Shown here one piece after another: positions 10,093 through 18,937 of a stretch of DNA of 64,000 bases. A program made the translations under genes and the position numbers. The notes below the pieces were generated by a model. That model saw nothing but the letters and a program-made list of their open reading frames with translations, was not told the DNA's origin and did no database searches. This DNA is from Candidatus Iainarchaeum sp. (GTDB taxonomy: Archaea > Iainarchaeota > Iainarchaeia > Iainarchaeales > JAGVWC01), in NCBI GenBank assembly GCA_018304465.1, contig JAGVWC010000011.1, forward strand, positions 32,001 to 96,000, read 5' to 3'. Each line of letters opens with the position of its first letter. The first letter of the stretch is position 1.

Positions 10093-10836
10093 ATGACGAC
10101 ACAGGCATTAGAAAAACTGGGATTGTCGCGAAACGAATCCTTGATCTACCGGACCTTGCTTCGCAACGGAAACCAAAACAGCGCGGAACTCGCCCGTGAA
10201 AGCGGCGTGCATCGCATCAATGTCTACGACGTCTTAAACAGCCTCATCGCCAAAGGATTGGTCTCGTATGTGGTCGAAGAAGGAAAACGCGTGTTCAAAG
10301 CCGAAGACCCTCACAAACTTGAAGAACTCTTATCCCAAAAAAGCGCGATCCTATCCGGAATCCTGCCGGAACTATTTTCCCAATTCAACGCCAAAAAAGA
10401 AGCGCTTGACATCTCGATCCTGCGCGGGGTCGAAGGCAAACGATCCCAATTCGAAGAAGAACTTCGAAACGCCAAAGACTCGTTTCACTATACATTCATT
10501 CCGCATGGTCTGATGACGATGGATCAGCCGCCCTACAACACGATGATCGTCAAGTTTTTCATCCGGCTCGCCAAGCAAGGAAACCAATCCCGATTACTCG
10601 TACTGGATTCCCCCGAAGCCCACGAACGCGCACGGCGCTTTGACAACGTCCCCAAGCTAGAGATCCGATTCTCCAAAGAAATCACGTTCACCACGGTTTC
10701 GTGGACCGTTTGCGGCGACGTACTTTTCCTCACGTTTTTCATCGAACCCTACCTTGTGATTCGAATTCGATCCAAAGAAATCGCCGCCGCTTTCAAGAAC
10801 AACTTTGACCTCATGTGGAAAAACGCGAAAAAATAA
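10093..10836 (+). CDS. TrmB-family transcriptional regulator 4
   Basis: LGLSRNESLIYRTLL, HRINVYDVLNSLIAKGLV, FDLMWK. ATG 10093 preferred over the TTG/GTG-extended ORF start. Confidence 0.88.
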   Translation: MTTQALEKLGLSRNESLIYRTLLRNGNQNSAELARESGVHRINVYDVLNSLIAKGLVSYVVEEGKRVFKAEDPHKLEELLSQKSAILSGILPELFSQFNAKKEALDISILRGVEGKRSQFEEELRNAKDSFHYTFIPHGLMTMDQPPYNTMIVKFFIRLAKQGNQSRLLVLDSPEAHERARRFDNVPKLEIRFSKEITFTTVSWTVCGDVLFLTFFIEPYLVIRIRSKEIAAAFKNNFDLMWKNAKK

Positions 10837-10866
10837 CACTAAAAAACGAACATTTCTAACATTTGA

Positions 10867-11565
10867 ATGCGCGTATTCATTCTCTTCGACCTCGAAGGCG
10901 TTACCGGCTACGGTTGCACTAATATTTCGGGAAGCACCAAAGAATTCGCGTACTCCGACGTGAACGCGGCGATTCGCGGCGCCAAAAAAGGCGGTGCAAC
11001 GGACATTATCGTCGGCGACTGGCACGCCTACGGGGGCAATTTGAACCCGAAAAAACTAGTTCAGCCGGTTCGATTGGAACAATATGCCGATCGGTTCGAA
11101 ATCCAAAACCAGCAAATCGACCGGTGTTTTTTCCTCGGATGCCACGCCATGGCGGGAACTCCCAACACGGTGGATCCCCATACTGAAGAATATTACATTC
11201 AAAACGCTTTTGTGGATAATCAAAAAATCGGTGAAGTAGGCTTGATCGCATATTACTTTTCGGCAATGAAGATACCCGTGGTTTTGTTCGAAGGATCCGC
11301 CGAAGCAATGATGGAAGTTCGGGAAATCATGCCGGACGCGGTTTGCGTCGCGGTCAAAAGGGGATTTGAAAGTCTGTCGCCCGAAGAAAGCGCCAAACAA
11401 ATCGAGGACAGCGCCATGCTGGCGATACAAACAAAACCAAAACTCGTTTACCCGAAAAAACAAGAATTACGAGTCGAATTTACGGATGGAACGCAAAAAA
11501 CATATCGTGAAAAAAACTTCCAGCGGATTTATGATCAATTCACCATCGATCTGACCGAGACGTAA
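10867..11565 (+). CDS. M55-family (DppA-like) D-aminopeptidase
   Basis: N-terminal DLEG metal motif, DWH, GCHAMAG, IGEVGL. Confidence 0.8.
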   Translation: MRVFILFDLEGVTGYGCTNISGSTKEFAYSDVNAAIRGAKKGGATDIIVGDWHAYGGNLNPKKLVQPVRLEQYADRFEIQNQQIDRCFFLGCHAMAGTPNTVDPHTEEYYIQNAFVDNQKIGEVGLIAYYFSAMKIPVVLFEGSAEAMMEVREIMPDAVCVAVKRGFESLSPEESAKQIEDSAMLAIQTKPKLVYPKKQELRVEFTDGTQKTYREKNFQRIYDQFTIDLTET

Positions 11566-11577
11566 AAACCAAAAAAC

Positions 11578-12450
11578 TTATTCCAATTTGACTTTCCCCA
11601 AAAAACCCTTCGGCTTGTACAAGAGAATCAACAGCAAAATCAGCGCGTACAAAATCTGGCGCATCGGACCCACCACGGAGGATTCGAAACCGATGAATCG
11701 CAAGGGTTCCGGCAACAACACCAATACCACTGCGGCGGCGATCGTTCCCGGAATCGACGCCAACCCTCCGATGATCACGATCGCGATAATCGGAATCACA
11801 GCCAAAAGCGTAAACGACGACGGATCGATAAACGTAATGTAATGCGCGTACAAACTTCCAGCGATGCCCGCAAAAAACGCGCTCACGCCAAGCGACACCG
11901 ATTTCATTTTGAACGCGTTTTTTCCCAGCACCCGCGCCGCCAATTCGTTGTCGCGGATCGCACCCAAAACGCGTCCAAACGGCGAAGATGCCAACCGCCA
12001 GATAACAGCAACCGAAACAGCCGTGACGATCAGCGAAAAAACCAGAAACGAAAAATTATCCGACAACACGAACCCGAAGAACTCGGGGCGTGGAATCCCC
12101 GGAATCCCCAGCGGTCCCCTTGTAACATCGGTCCAATTCAAGGCCACGGCATACACGACAAACGAAAAACCCATGGTGGCCAAGGCCAAGTAATCGCCGG
12201 ACAACTTGTTCGTCGGAATCGACAAGACCAAGCCGAACAAACAACCGACCAGCCCCGCGGCCACAAGGCAGACCCAGTACGGAAAACCGGCCATTGCAAG
12301 CAACGCAGAAGTATACGCGCCCACCGCAAAAAACGCCACGTGACCCAGGTTAAGCAAGCCTGTAAAACCCATGGCCAACTGCAGGGAAACCGCCAAAATC
12401 ACGTAAATACAAATCAAAATCAACAGGTGAATCAGATATGCTTCGATCAT
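11578..12450 (-). CDS. livM: Branched-chain amino acid ABC permease
   Basis: GLLNLGHVAFFAVGAY, GDYLALAT, AIRDNELAA, IIGGLAS. Confidence 0.92.
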   Translation of the reverse strand: MIEAYLIHLLILICIYVILAVSLQLAMGFTGLLNLGHVAFFAVGAYTSALLAMAGFPYWVCLVAAGLVGCLFGLVLSIPTNKLSGDYLALATMGFSFVVYAVALNWTDVTRGPLGIPGIPRPEFFGFVLSDNFSFLVFSLIVTAVSVAVIWRLASSPFGRVLGAIRDNELAARVLGKNAFKMKSVSLGVSAFFAGIAGSLYAHYITFIDPSSFTLLAVIPIIAIVIIGGLASIPGTIAAAVVLVLLPEPLRFIGFESSVVGPMRQILYALILLLILLYKPKGFLGKVKLE

Positions 12451-13325
12451 TTCTGCAACTCCTTGTTGACGCCGAGGATTCCCTGCGGTCGAAACAATAA
12501 AAACGCGAACAGAATGACGAACGCGATCGCGTCTTTGTAACCCGACGGCAAATACCAGATTCCGAAATTCTCCGCGAATCCCAGCAAAAACGAACCCAGT
12601 ACCGATCCCGGAACCGAATTCACGCCGCCGATAATCGCACCCGTAAACCCCTTGATGATCAGGTTTGTTCCCATGGTTGGCTCGAGGTTTTGCTCAAGCC
12701 CCACCAGGATTCCGGCAACTCCCGCGATGGCGGACCCGATGGCAAAACTATAATCGAACATTTTTTGCGACGAAATCCCGACGACTTCCGCCATCTCGCG
12801 GTTATCCGACACCGCGCGCAACGCCTTGCCGGTTTTGGTGAATTTCATAAACCAAAACAGGCCCCCCAACAATACAAGCGATGTTACCACGATGACAATT
12901 TGAAGCGGCGTGATAATCGCTCCGGCAATTTCAAGGCCTTTTGAAACCGGAATAAAATCAATGGTCTTGACTTCCGCGCCGAATACCAACAAGAGAACGG
13001 ATTCAAATAGAATCAACAATGCAAAACTTCCCAACAGCAGGATTACCGAACTGGCTTTGCGATGGCGAAGCGGCGCATACACGAACCGGTTCAGCAAAAT
13101 GCCGAGCAACGCCGAAAAAGCCACCGTCAACAAGACGGAAAGAAAAAAATCAAGATGAAACGTTGAAAACAAAACGAATAAAAAATACGCCGACACCGCG
13201 ACGGTTCCGCCATGCGCAAAATGCACGAAGCGATTGGTGGAATAAATCAGCGAAAAACCGCTGGCGACCAAGGCGTAAATCGCGCCCGCGATCAAACCAT
13301 TCACCAGCAGTTGCGTGAAAACCAT
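12447..13325 (-). CDS. livH: Branched-chain amino acid ABC permease
   Basis: QLLVNGLIAGAIYALVASG, HFAHG, GKALRAVSDN, RPQGILG. ATGA overlap with livM. Confidence 0.92.
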   Translation of the reverse strand: MVFTQLLVNGLIAGAIYALVASGFSLIYSTNRFVHFAHGGTVAVSAYFLFVLFSTFHLDFFLSVLLTVAFSALLGILLNRFVYAPLRHRKASSVILLLGSFALLILFESVLLLVFGAEVKTIDFIPVSKGLEIAGAIITPLQIVIVVTSLVLLGGLFWFMKFTKTGKALRAVSDNREMAEVVGISSQKMFDYSFAIGSAIAGVAGILVGLEQNLEPTMGTNLIIKGFTGAIIGGVNSVPGSVLGSFLLGFAENFGIWYLPSGYKDAIAFVILFAFLLFRPQGILGVNKELQK

Positions 13326-13388
13326 TTTTATCTGAAAATATCTGGAAAAAGGGCTTTATAATCATTTTCACACGGTTTCGGGTTTTGA

Positions 13389-13532
13389 TCAGCGGAATTC
13401 GAACGGACCCACGTCGAATCGAGCGGATCCGTCTTTGTCCCCGTCCAATGGTCGCGCGACACCCGTGAAATCATTTGTGATCGATAACCCGCGCCTTGGT
13501 CGACCGCCGGACTTTGGGCTTGGATGAAATCG
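13389..13532 (-). pseudogene. Frameshifted remnant of a choice-of-anchor Q-like surface protein C-terminus
   Basis: DFIQAQSPAVDQG in one frame continues in another frame as TNDFTGVARPLDGDKDGSARFDVGPFEFR*. Confidence 0.6.
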
Positions 13533-13678
13533 CATTCGAAATATTTCAGGAAAAAAACCGAAGAAACCTTTTTTTGTGAAAAAACAACAGCGGCTTCGGG
13601 CGAAAAAGATTCCATTAAAGGAATACAAAAAGGCCCAATATACACGTATGTCATTTAGCGAATTTTACCTTTGTTTCT

Positions 13679-15148
13679 TCACTTTTGGATCCGCGCCAAA
13701 CCATGATGCGCCCGCAAGTCGATTTTGTCGCCGTTTTGAATGATCTTGGTTCCCACTTTGGTGCCGACAATACACGGAATTCCAAGTTCCCGCGAAATAA
13801 TCGCGGCGTGACACGTGATCCCCCCGTCATCCGTAATGATTCCCACGGTTTTTTTTAGCATGGGAACGAATTCGGGAGACGTCATTCCCGTGACCAGAAT
13901 CTCGCCTGGTTGCAATTGTCCCAAATCCCGCGCGGATCGAATCACCCGTGCGATTCCGGAAACGGTTCCCGGTGATGCGCATAACCCCGCGACTTCGTTT
14001 TGCGTTACCACGCTTTTTTGCCACAATTTTTCCTCGGCCAAAACCGCTTCTTTTCCCGTCAGCACTTGAAACGGATAAACATTGTAATTTACAAAACAAT
14101 GTTCTCGACGCGCTTCTAATGTTTGTCGGGAAATTTTTCCTTGTGCAAAATCGGTCAATTCGAAAGAAAAAAGATATTTGGCCACATCCGAATCGATTCC
14201 GCGTCTACGCGCGAGTTCTTTAAGCAATCGTCCCACTGAAAAAAATCCTTTCATCTGGGTTTTTTTTCGATCGTCGTACAGGATCGAAACTTTTTTTGCC
14301 AACTCGAAAAAAAACAGGGCTTTGGAGGAAAAAAGGTATTTTGAAATCAACCGATTTTGTTCGGCTTGCGATTCTTTTTTTTGTTTTTCAATCGCACGAA
14401 GTCTTTCGGTCGGATTTTCTTTTGCATTCAAAGCGGATTCGATCAGTGATTCCAGATTATTCCAACCCAATCCCGAAAAAGAAAAGTAATTACAAGGCGT
14501 CCAATAAAATTTTTCGAGATGCGCTTCCATCAACGGTCTGATTTGCGCGTCTTTTCGCCAATTCTTATTTGGGGTTTGTCGATTCGCGATGACCGCGCTG
14601 ATTTGAAGAACGCTTTTTTCCGCCGCGCGGGAAAAAGAATCGTCTGTGGGCATGGAAAGCGCGGAAATAATCGTCGAAATTTCTTTCGATGGGATTTTTT
14701 GCGCGGAAAGATCCTCGGAGAGAAGTCCCGGAAGCGAAAAATCAATCAACTCGCCAAACGGTCCGAGATCCCACAACGGCTGGTAAACATTGAAAAATTT
14801 TCGGATTGATTCGATAATTTCTTGCGTTGAAAGAAGACCCACACGTTTTGGCAGCAGGGAATCGCAATAATCCTCGTTCAATTTGCAAATATATCGGAAT
14901 AATTCGAAAAGCGAATTCGCGTATTGCGGGTTTTTTTCCAGTCGATCCGCCAACATCCGTCCCGCCGCAATCAATTCATCCTCGTCAAACAGCCAACGGA
15001 TCTCGTCGTGACTGCACGCGAGTTTGTTCAAGCCATAGCCTTTCGGAACAAACCGCCTAAGTCCGTGATCCAGGTCGTCTCCGATGTTAAGGGTGGAATG
15101 AAACGCGAAAAACAAAGCGCCTTGGCGGCGCTGCTCGATCAAACGCAT
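13679..15148 (-). CDS. Phospho-His swivel (PEP-utilizers mobile) domain protein with large N-terminal helical domain, paralog P1
   Basis: C-terminal GLCASPG...MTSPEFVP...[33 protein letters not shown] and DDRKK motifs upstream. Confidence 0.88.
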   Translation of the reverse strand: MRLIEQRRQGALFFAFHSTLNIGDDLDHGLRRFVPKGYGLNKLACSHDEIRWLFDEDELIAAGRMLADRLEKNPQYANSLFELFRYICKLNEDYCDSLLPKRVGLLSTQEIIESIRKFFNVYQPLWDLGPFGELIDFSLPGLLSEDLSAQKIPSKEISTIISALSMPTDDSFSRAAEKSVLQISAVIANRQTPNKNWRKDAQIRPLMEAHLEKFYWTPCNYFSFSGLGWNNLESLIESALNAKENPTERLRAIEKQKKESQAEQNRLISKYLFSSKALFFFELAKKVSILYDDRKKTQMKGFFSVGRLLKELARRRGIDSDVAKYLFSFELTDFAQGKISRQTLEARREHCFVNYNVYPFQVLTGKEAVLAEEKLWQKSVVTQNEVAGLCASPGTVSGIARVIRSARDLGQLQPGEILVTGMTSPEFVPMLKKTVGIITDDGGITCHAAIISRELGIPCIVGTKVGTKIIQNGDKIDLRAHHGLARIQK

Positions 15149-15177
15149 AGGTAGTTATGTCGCATTAGTATTAAAAT

Positions 15178-15198
15178 ATTTTGCATTTACTGCAAAAT
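15178..15198. promoter_or_regulatory. Inverted repeat ATTTTGCA-N5-TGCAAAAT between divergent P1 and P2
   Basis: Perfect 8-bp arms flanked by AT-rich TATA-like sequences. Confidence 0.45.
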
Positions 15199-15350
15199 TT
15201 ATATTTGTTGATTGTGGGACTTTAAACGGCGAACAACGCCTTTTCGAGCATGGGAAGCGAATAGTCCCTCGAAAACGCCGGTTCCAGTCGAGGCATCAGT
15301 TTTCCCTTTTCTATTATAAGAAGAATCAGTATTAAAGCATTGGGAGCACG

Positions 15351-16391
15351 ATGCGATCCGAACAATGGATAAAATACTTGGCGGGAAACCAAAGCATGTT
15401 CCTTTGCACGTTACTTGGAAAAGTGTTCACGCAAACGCTCAAAACCGAATTCGGAGCCGGACCCAAACGAATCCGTTTTTTCTTTCACACAGGATTGACC
15501 ACGGGCTTTGTGGTCCAAAAAGAAATGATTTCATTCGGAAAACTCTTGTCCCGAAAAATCGAAAAAAATCCGCGCCAAATAACCCGATGGACGCGGCAAT
15601 TATCCCGACAAATCGATTTCTTGCGAAAACAACTGCTGTCATTCCACGGGAAAAGAATGACTAAGGCGGAATTTGAAAAAATTTGCCTTGAAACCGAACA
15701 ATTCTACGCGCATCTCGTGCCCGTGATGCAAGTCGCGGATTACTTGCCGTCATCCACCCTGAAAAAAATGCTTCCAAAACTCGAAAAAGCCCGAAAATAT
15801 TCGGAATCGGTTCAAAGCGAAATCGAAGGGTTTTTCGAGCACTGGGCTGAAAAAGAAAACAAATACAGTCACTTTCCCACGGCTTTTTTTTTGAGTCAAA
15901 CCGAAAAAGAACTCTTACAATATTTCAAAACTCATCGGTTTTTGTCCCGCTTGAAACTCGAACACCGGTGTTCTTGCAGCGCGCTGGATTTTTCCAACGG
16001 AAAATACGTATTGTTTCCCAAAACCTACGCCGAAAAACTCGAAGAAAAAACACGTTTATCTCGATCCGACTCGTTTGTCATCGGACAAACCGCTTACCCG
16101 GGAAAAGTCATCGGAACCTGCCGACGCGTACTCCATCCCGCGGACTCCACCCGCTTTGACGAAGGGGATATTTTGGTCACGCAAATGACCAAACCCGAAT
16201 ACTTGCCGATGATTCGAAAAGCAGGCGCGATCGTGACCGACGCCGGCGGATTATTGTCGCACGCCGGAATCATTTGCCGAGAACTCAAAAAACCATCCGT
16301 CATCGGAACCGACAAAGCCACCTTGGTGTTTAAAACCGGCGAAAAACTGCACGTGGACGCGACCAAAGGAATCGTTCGAAAAATTTTATGA
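15351..16391 (+). CDS. Phospho-His swivel domain protein, short type, paralog P2
   Basis: GQTAYPG...MTKPEYLP...TDAGGLLSHAGIICRELKKPSVIGT. Confidence 0.85.
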   Translation: MRSEQWIKYLAGNQSMFLCTLLGKVFTQTLKTEFGAGPKRIRFFFHTGLTTGFVVQKEMISFGKLLSRKIEKNPRQITRWTRQLSRQIDFLRKQLLSFHGKRMTKAEFEKICLETEQFYAHLVPVMQVADYLPSSTLKKMLPKLEKARKYSESVQSEIEGFFEHWAEKENKYSHFPTAFFLSQTEKELLQYFKTHRFLSRLKLEHRCSCSALDFSNGKYVLFPKTYAEKLEEKTRLSRSDSFVIGQTAYPGKVIGTCRRVLHPADSTRFDEGDILVTQMTKPEYLPMIRKAGAIVTDAGGLLSHAGIICRELKKPSVIGTDKATLVFKTGEKLHVDATKGIVRKIL

Positions 16392-17858
16392 AAAAATACG
16401 GACGATTCCGTGATTTGTACGAAGCTCGATGAGCGTACCGTCCTTAATCACTTGGGTTGCAATCCGAGTGCCGATAATGCACGGAATATTAAGCTCGCGG
16501 CTAATAATGGCCGCGTGACTCGTGATTCCTCCTTCGTTGGTCACTATTCCACGGGCTTTTTTCATTAATGGCACAAACTCTGGGCGCGTCATGCTTGTCA
16601 CTAATATTTCTCCTTCATTGAAAGGGTCCGATGGTTTTTTGACGACCCGGGCAATTCCTTTGGCTTCACCGGCGCAAGCAGTAATACCTTGCAGAGACTG
16701 AATGTTTTCCAAATTAGCTTTGGGCATTAGACGTTCCCGCAATTGCTCGTAGACGCTTCCGCTCAGGGTCCAGAATCGTTGGTCCTTATTGCCAATCTGA
16801 ACGCAACCTTTCATGCGCTGACGCCATTCTTCGATTGGAACACTTTTGCCGTCCAGCAGGTCTAATAGTTCGGAAGGAGTTGTGAATTGCAGGATCTCAA
16901 ATTTAATACCTGTTTTTTCACTCGTTTTATGCAAGAAGAGATTGAGATAATGGCACGCGATAAGTGTCGCACGTTTGCGTTGATCATGCCAATATCCGAT
17001 CAATGAAATCCAATGGAGAAGCTTTTGAGAATCTGGATCGAGTTTTAAATTCAGTTCCTCGCGTTTTTGCTTAAGCATTTTTTCCTGATGCAAAAGAGCA
17101 AAAATTTCTTTTTCTATTTCTTCGATTGTTCGTTTAGATTCGATTCGGGCATTTTCGAAAAAAACGGTTAATTGAATCGGTTCGGTATATTTGTAATTGT
17201 TTTGAATCCAAAAAAAATTCTTTTGATGCTCAACTACTAAACGGTAAATTGAGGGATTTTCTTTCTGCAGCTCTTGAAGCGTTTTGGGATTACTGCTCTT
17301 AAGCTGCCGAGCGATCAGTAACAGGCTCAATTTTTCTTCGCCCAAAAACGTCCCGTACATGGGTGCCATGGCTTCTCGAATTTGTGTCTGTAGTAAAGGG
17401 TATTTTTCGAGCAAAAGTGAAACCATATATTCTGTGCCGGTATAGAAATATTCGACCAATAATGAGGGGGTGAACAGCGACAGGTATACATCCGTGAATT
17501 CTTCATAGTCTTTTTTCAGGTCCGTTATTGCACGCGAAGAAAAACTGTTCACATACGCATAATATTCTTTTTGGCGTTTTTGCCACAAAGCATACATGCG
17601 CTCCAGAATTGAATAATCCGCCAAAATGCGCTTGTATTGCCTTTCGGCAAAATGCTCCGGCAGTATCCAGTCGCTCTCGTCCCCATTTTTCGAGTAAAAT
17701 GTTGTATATATTTCAAATCCAAATCCAGGACAAATCTTCTCGAGTTCGAAACTGGCTCCTGCAATCGAAAAATAGTTCAGATGTGGCACAATTGTGGCTG
17801 AATACACGCCCCACTTCTCTGAAGGTGAGATTAATTCCCAAAATGAATCATCAGTCAA
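16386..17858 (-). CDS. Phospho-His swivel domain protein, paralog P3
   Basis: [43 protein letters not shown] start 10 nt after the ATP-grasp gene stop. Confidence 0.88.
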   Translation of the reverse strand: MTDDSFWELISPSEKWGVYSATIVPHLNYFSIAGASFELEKICPGFGFEIYTTFYSKNGDESDWILPEHFAERQYKRILADYSILERMYALWQKRQKEYYAYVNSFSSRAITDLKKDYEEFTDVYLSLFTPSLLVEYFYTGTEYMVSLLLEKYPLLQTQIREAMAPMYGTFLGEEKLSLLLIARQLKSSNPKTLQELQKENPSIYRLVVEHQKNFFWIQNNYKYTEPIQLTVFFENARIESKRTIEEIEKEIFALLHQEKMLKQKREELNLKLDPDSQKLLHWISLIGYWHDQRKRATLIACHYLNLFLHKTSEKTGIKFEILQFTTPSELLDLLDGKSVPIEEWRQRMKGCVQIGNKDQRFWTLSGSVYEQLRERLMPKANLENIQSLQGITACAGEAKGIARVVKKPSDPFNEGEILVTSMTRPEFVPLMKKARGIVTNEGGITSHAAIISRELNIPCIIGTRIATQVIKDGTLIELRTNHGIVRIFS

Positions 17859-17868
17859 GGAATCCCCG

Positions 17869-18819
17869 TCATTTCAAAGTCGTAATCGGCCGCGCCTGCA
17901 AAATATACACTTTATCATCAATGGCCCATTCGATATCCATGGGCTGACCGTAATGCGATTCGATATTCAAGGCTTCCTTGGCCAGCGCTTTCCACTCCGA
18001 ATCCGACAACGCCGCGGAATTCGCTTCTTCTTCCCCGATCTCGATTTCCTTGTTTTGCCCGAATTCGTCCCGAATAATCGCGATTCGCTTTCCACCGATA
18101 GTATGCGATACCACGGACAAATCTTTTTTCTTTAGAATCAAGGTATCCGGGGTTACCATTCCGGAAACAACGCTTTCACCCAAACCAAACGCGGCTTCGA
18201 TAATCATTTCGTCGCGCGCGTTCGTCACCGGATTCGCAGTGAATAAGACGCCCGCTTTTTTGGAATTCACCATTTCCTGGATTACGACCGAAATCAACAC
18301 CATTTCGTGCTTGAAACCTTTGGATTCGCGGTAAAAAATCGCGCGCGGAGAATACAACGACGCCCAGCACTTCTTGACCGCTTCCAAAATGCCGTCATCG
18401 CCTTTCACGTTCAAAAAAGTGGCTTGCTGTCCGGCAAAACTCGCGTCCGGCAAGTCTTCCGCCGTCGCGCTGGATCGCACCGCAACGAATCCTTTTCCAA
18501 GTTTTTTGTAATCCGCCAAAATGTCATCGCAAATTGATTGGGGGATTTGCGCGTTTAGGATCAGCAATTCGATCTGGTTGGCGGTTTTTTCCAACTGCTC
18601 GGAATCATCCACGTTCGTCTTGTTCAGCAAATCATGAATTTTCTTATGAATCTTGTTTTCATCCACGAACTGCTTAAAGACGTGAATCGTAATGCAAAAA
18701 CCATTCGGAATCGGAAACTTCGAAAACATTTCCCCCAGGTTTGCGCCTTTTCCGCCAACCAACGGAATATCTTTTTTTTTGATTTCCGAAAACCACGCGA
18801 TGTTTTTTTCTAAAGGCAT
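17869..18819 (-). CDS. Stand-alone PEP synthase/dikinase N-terminal ATP-grasp (PPDK_N) domain
   Basis: VGGKGANLGEM, VAVRSSATAEDLPDASFAGQQATFLNV, GLGESVVSG, DIEWA, ends ILQARPITTLK* with no swivel or pyruvate domain. Start ATG 18819 or 18828, TTTAAAT about 25 nt upstream. Confidence 0.92.
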   Translation of the reverse strand: MPLEKNIAWFSEIKKKDIPLVGGKGANLGEMFSKFPIPNGFCITIHVFKQFVDENKIHKKIHDLLNKTNVDDSEQLEKTANQIELLILNAQIPQSICDDILADYKKLGKGFVAVRSSATAEDLPDASFAGQQATFLNVKGDDGILEAVKKCWASLYSPRAIFYRESKGFKHEMVLISVVIQEMVNSKKAGVLFTANPVTNARDEMIIEAAFGLGESVVSGMVTPDTLILKKKDLSVVSHTIGGKRIAIIRDEFGQNKEIEIGEEEANSAALSDSEWKALAKEALNIESHYGQPMDIEWAIDDKVYILQARPITTLK

Positions 18820-18937
18820 ATGATTCATATCATCCTTTTCCCATTTAAATAGTAACGAAAAACGGTTTCGGCCGTTATGAAGCGGGATACCTTTAAATAT
18901 CAAAAAGTAAGTAGGTCTTCATTGGAGGCATTTTTTC

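Noticed and set aside
13328-13654. 108-aa ORF upstream of livH
   Set aside because: Better explained as promoter DNA plus a frameshifted pseudogene remnant.
15212-15236. TTGT...ACAA in the P1/P2 promoter as a fifth TrmB operator
   Set aside because: The spacing is 17 rather than 16 and the inner half-sites do not match, so it is likely chance.
17869-18903. Calling the ATP-grasp gene ppsA, or a ppsA pseudogene
   Set aside because: It ends cleanly at the domain boundary, is followed by an operonic swivel gene, and no pyruvate-binding domain remnant is present. The 18903 start extension overlaps the promoter.
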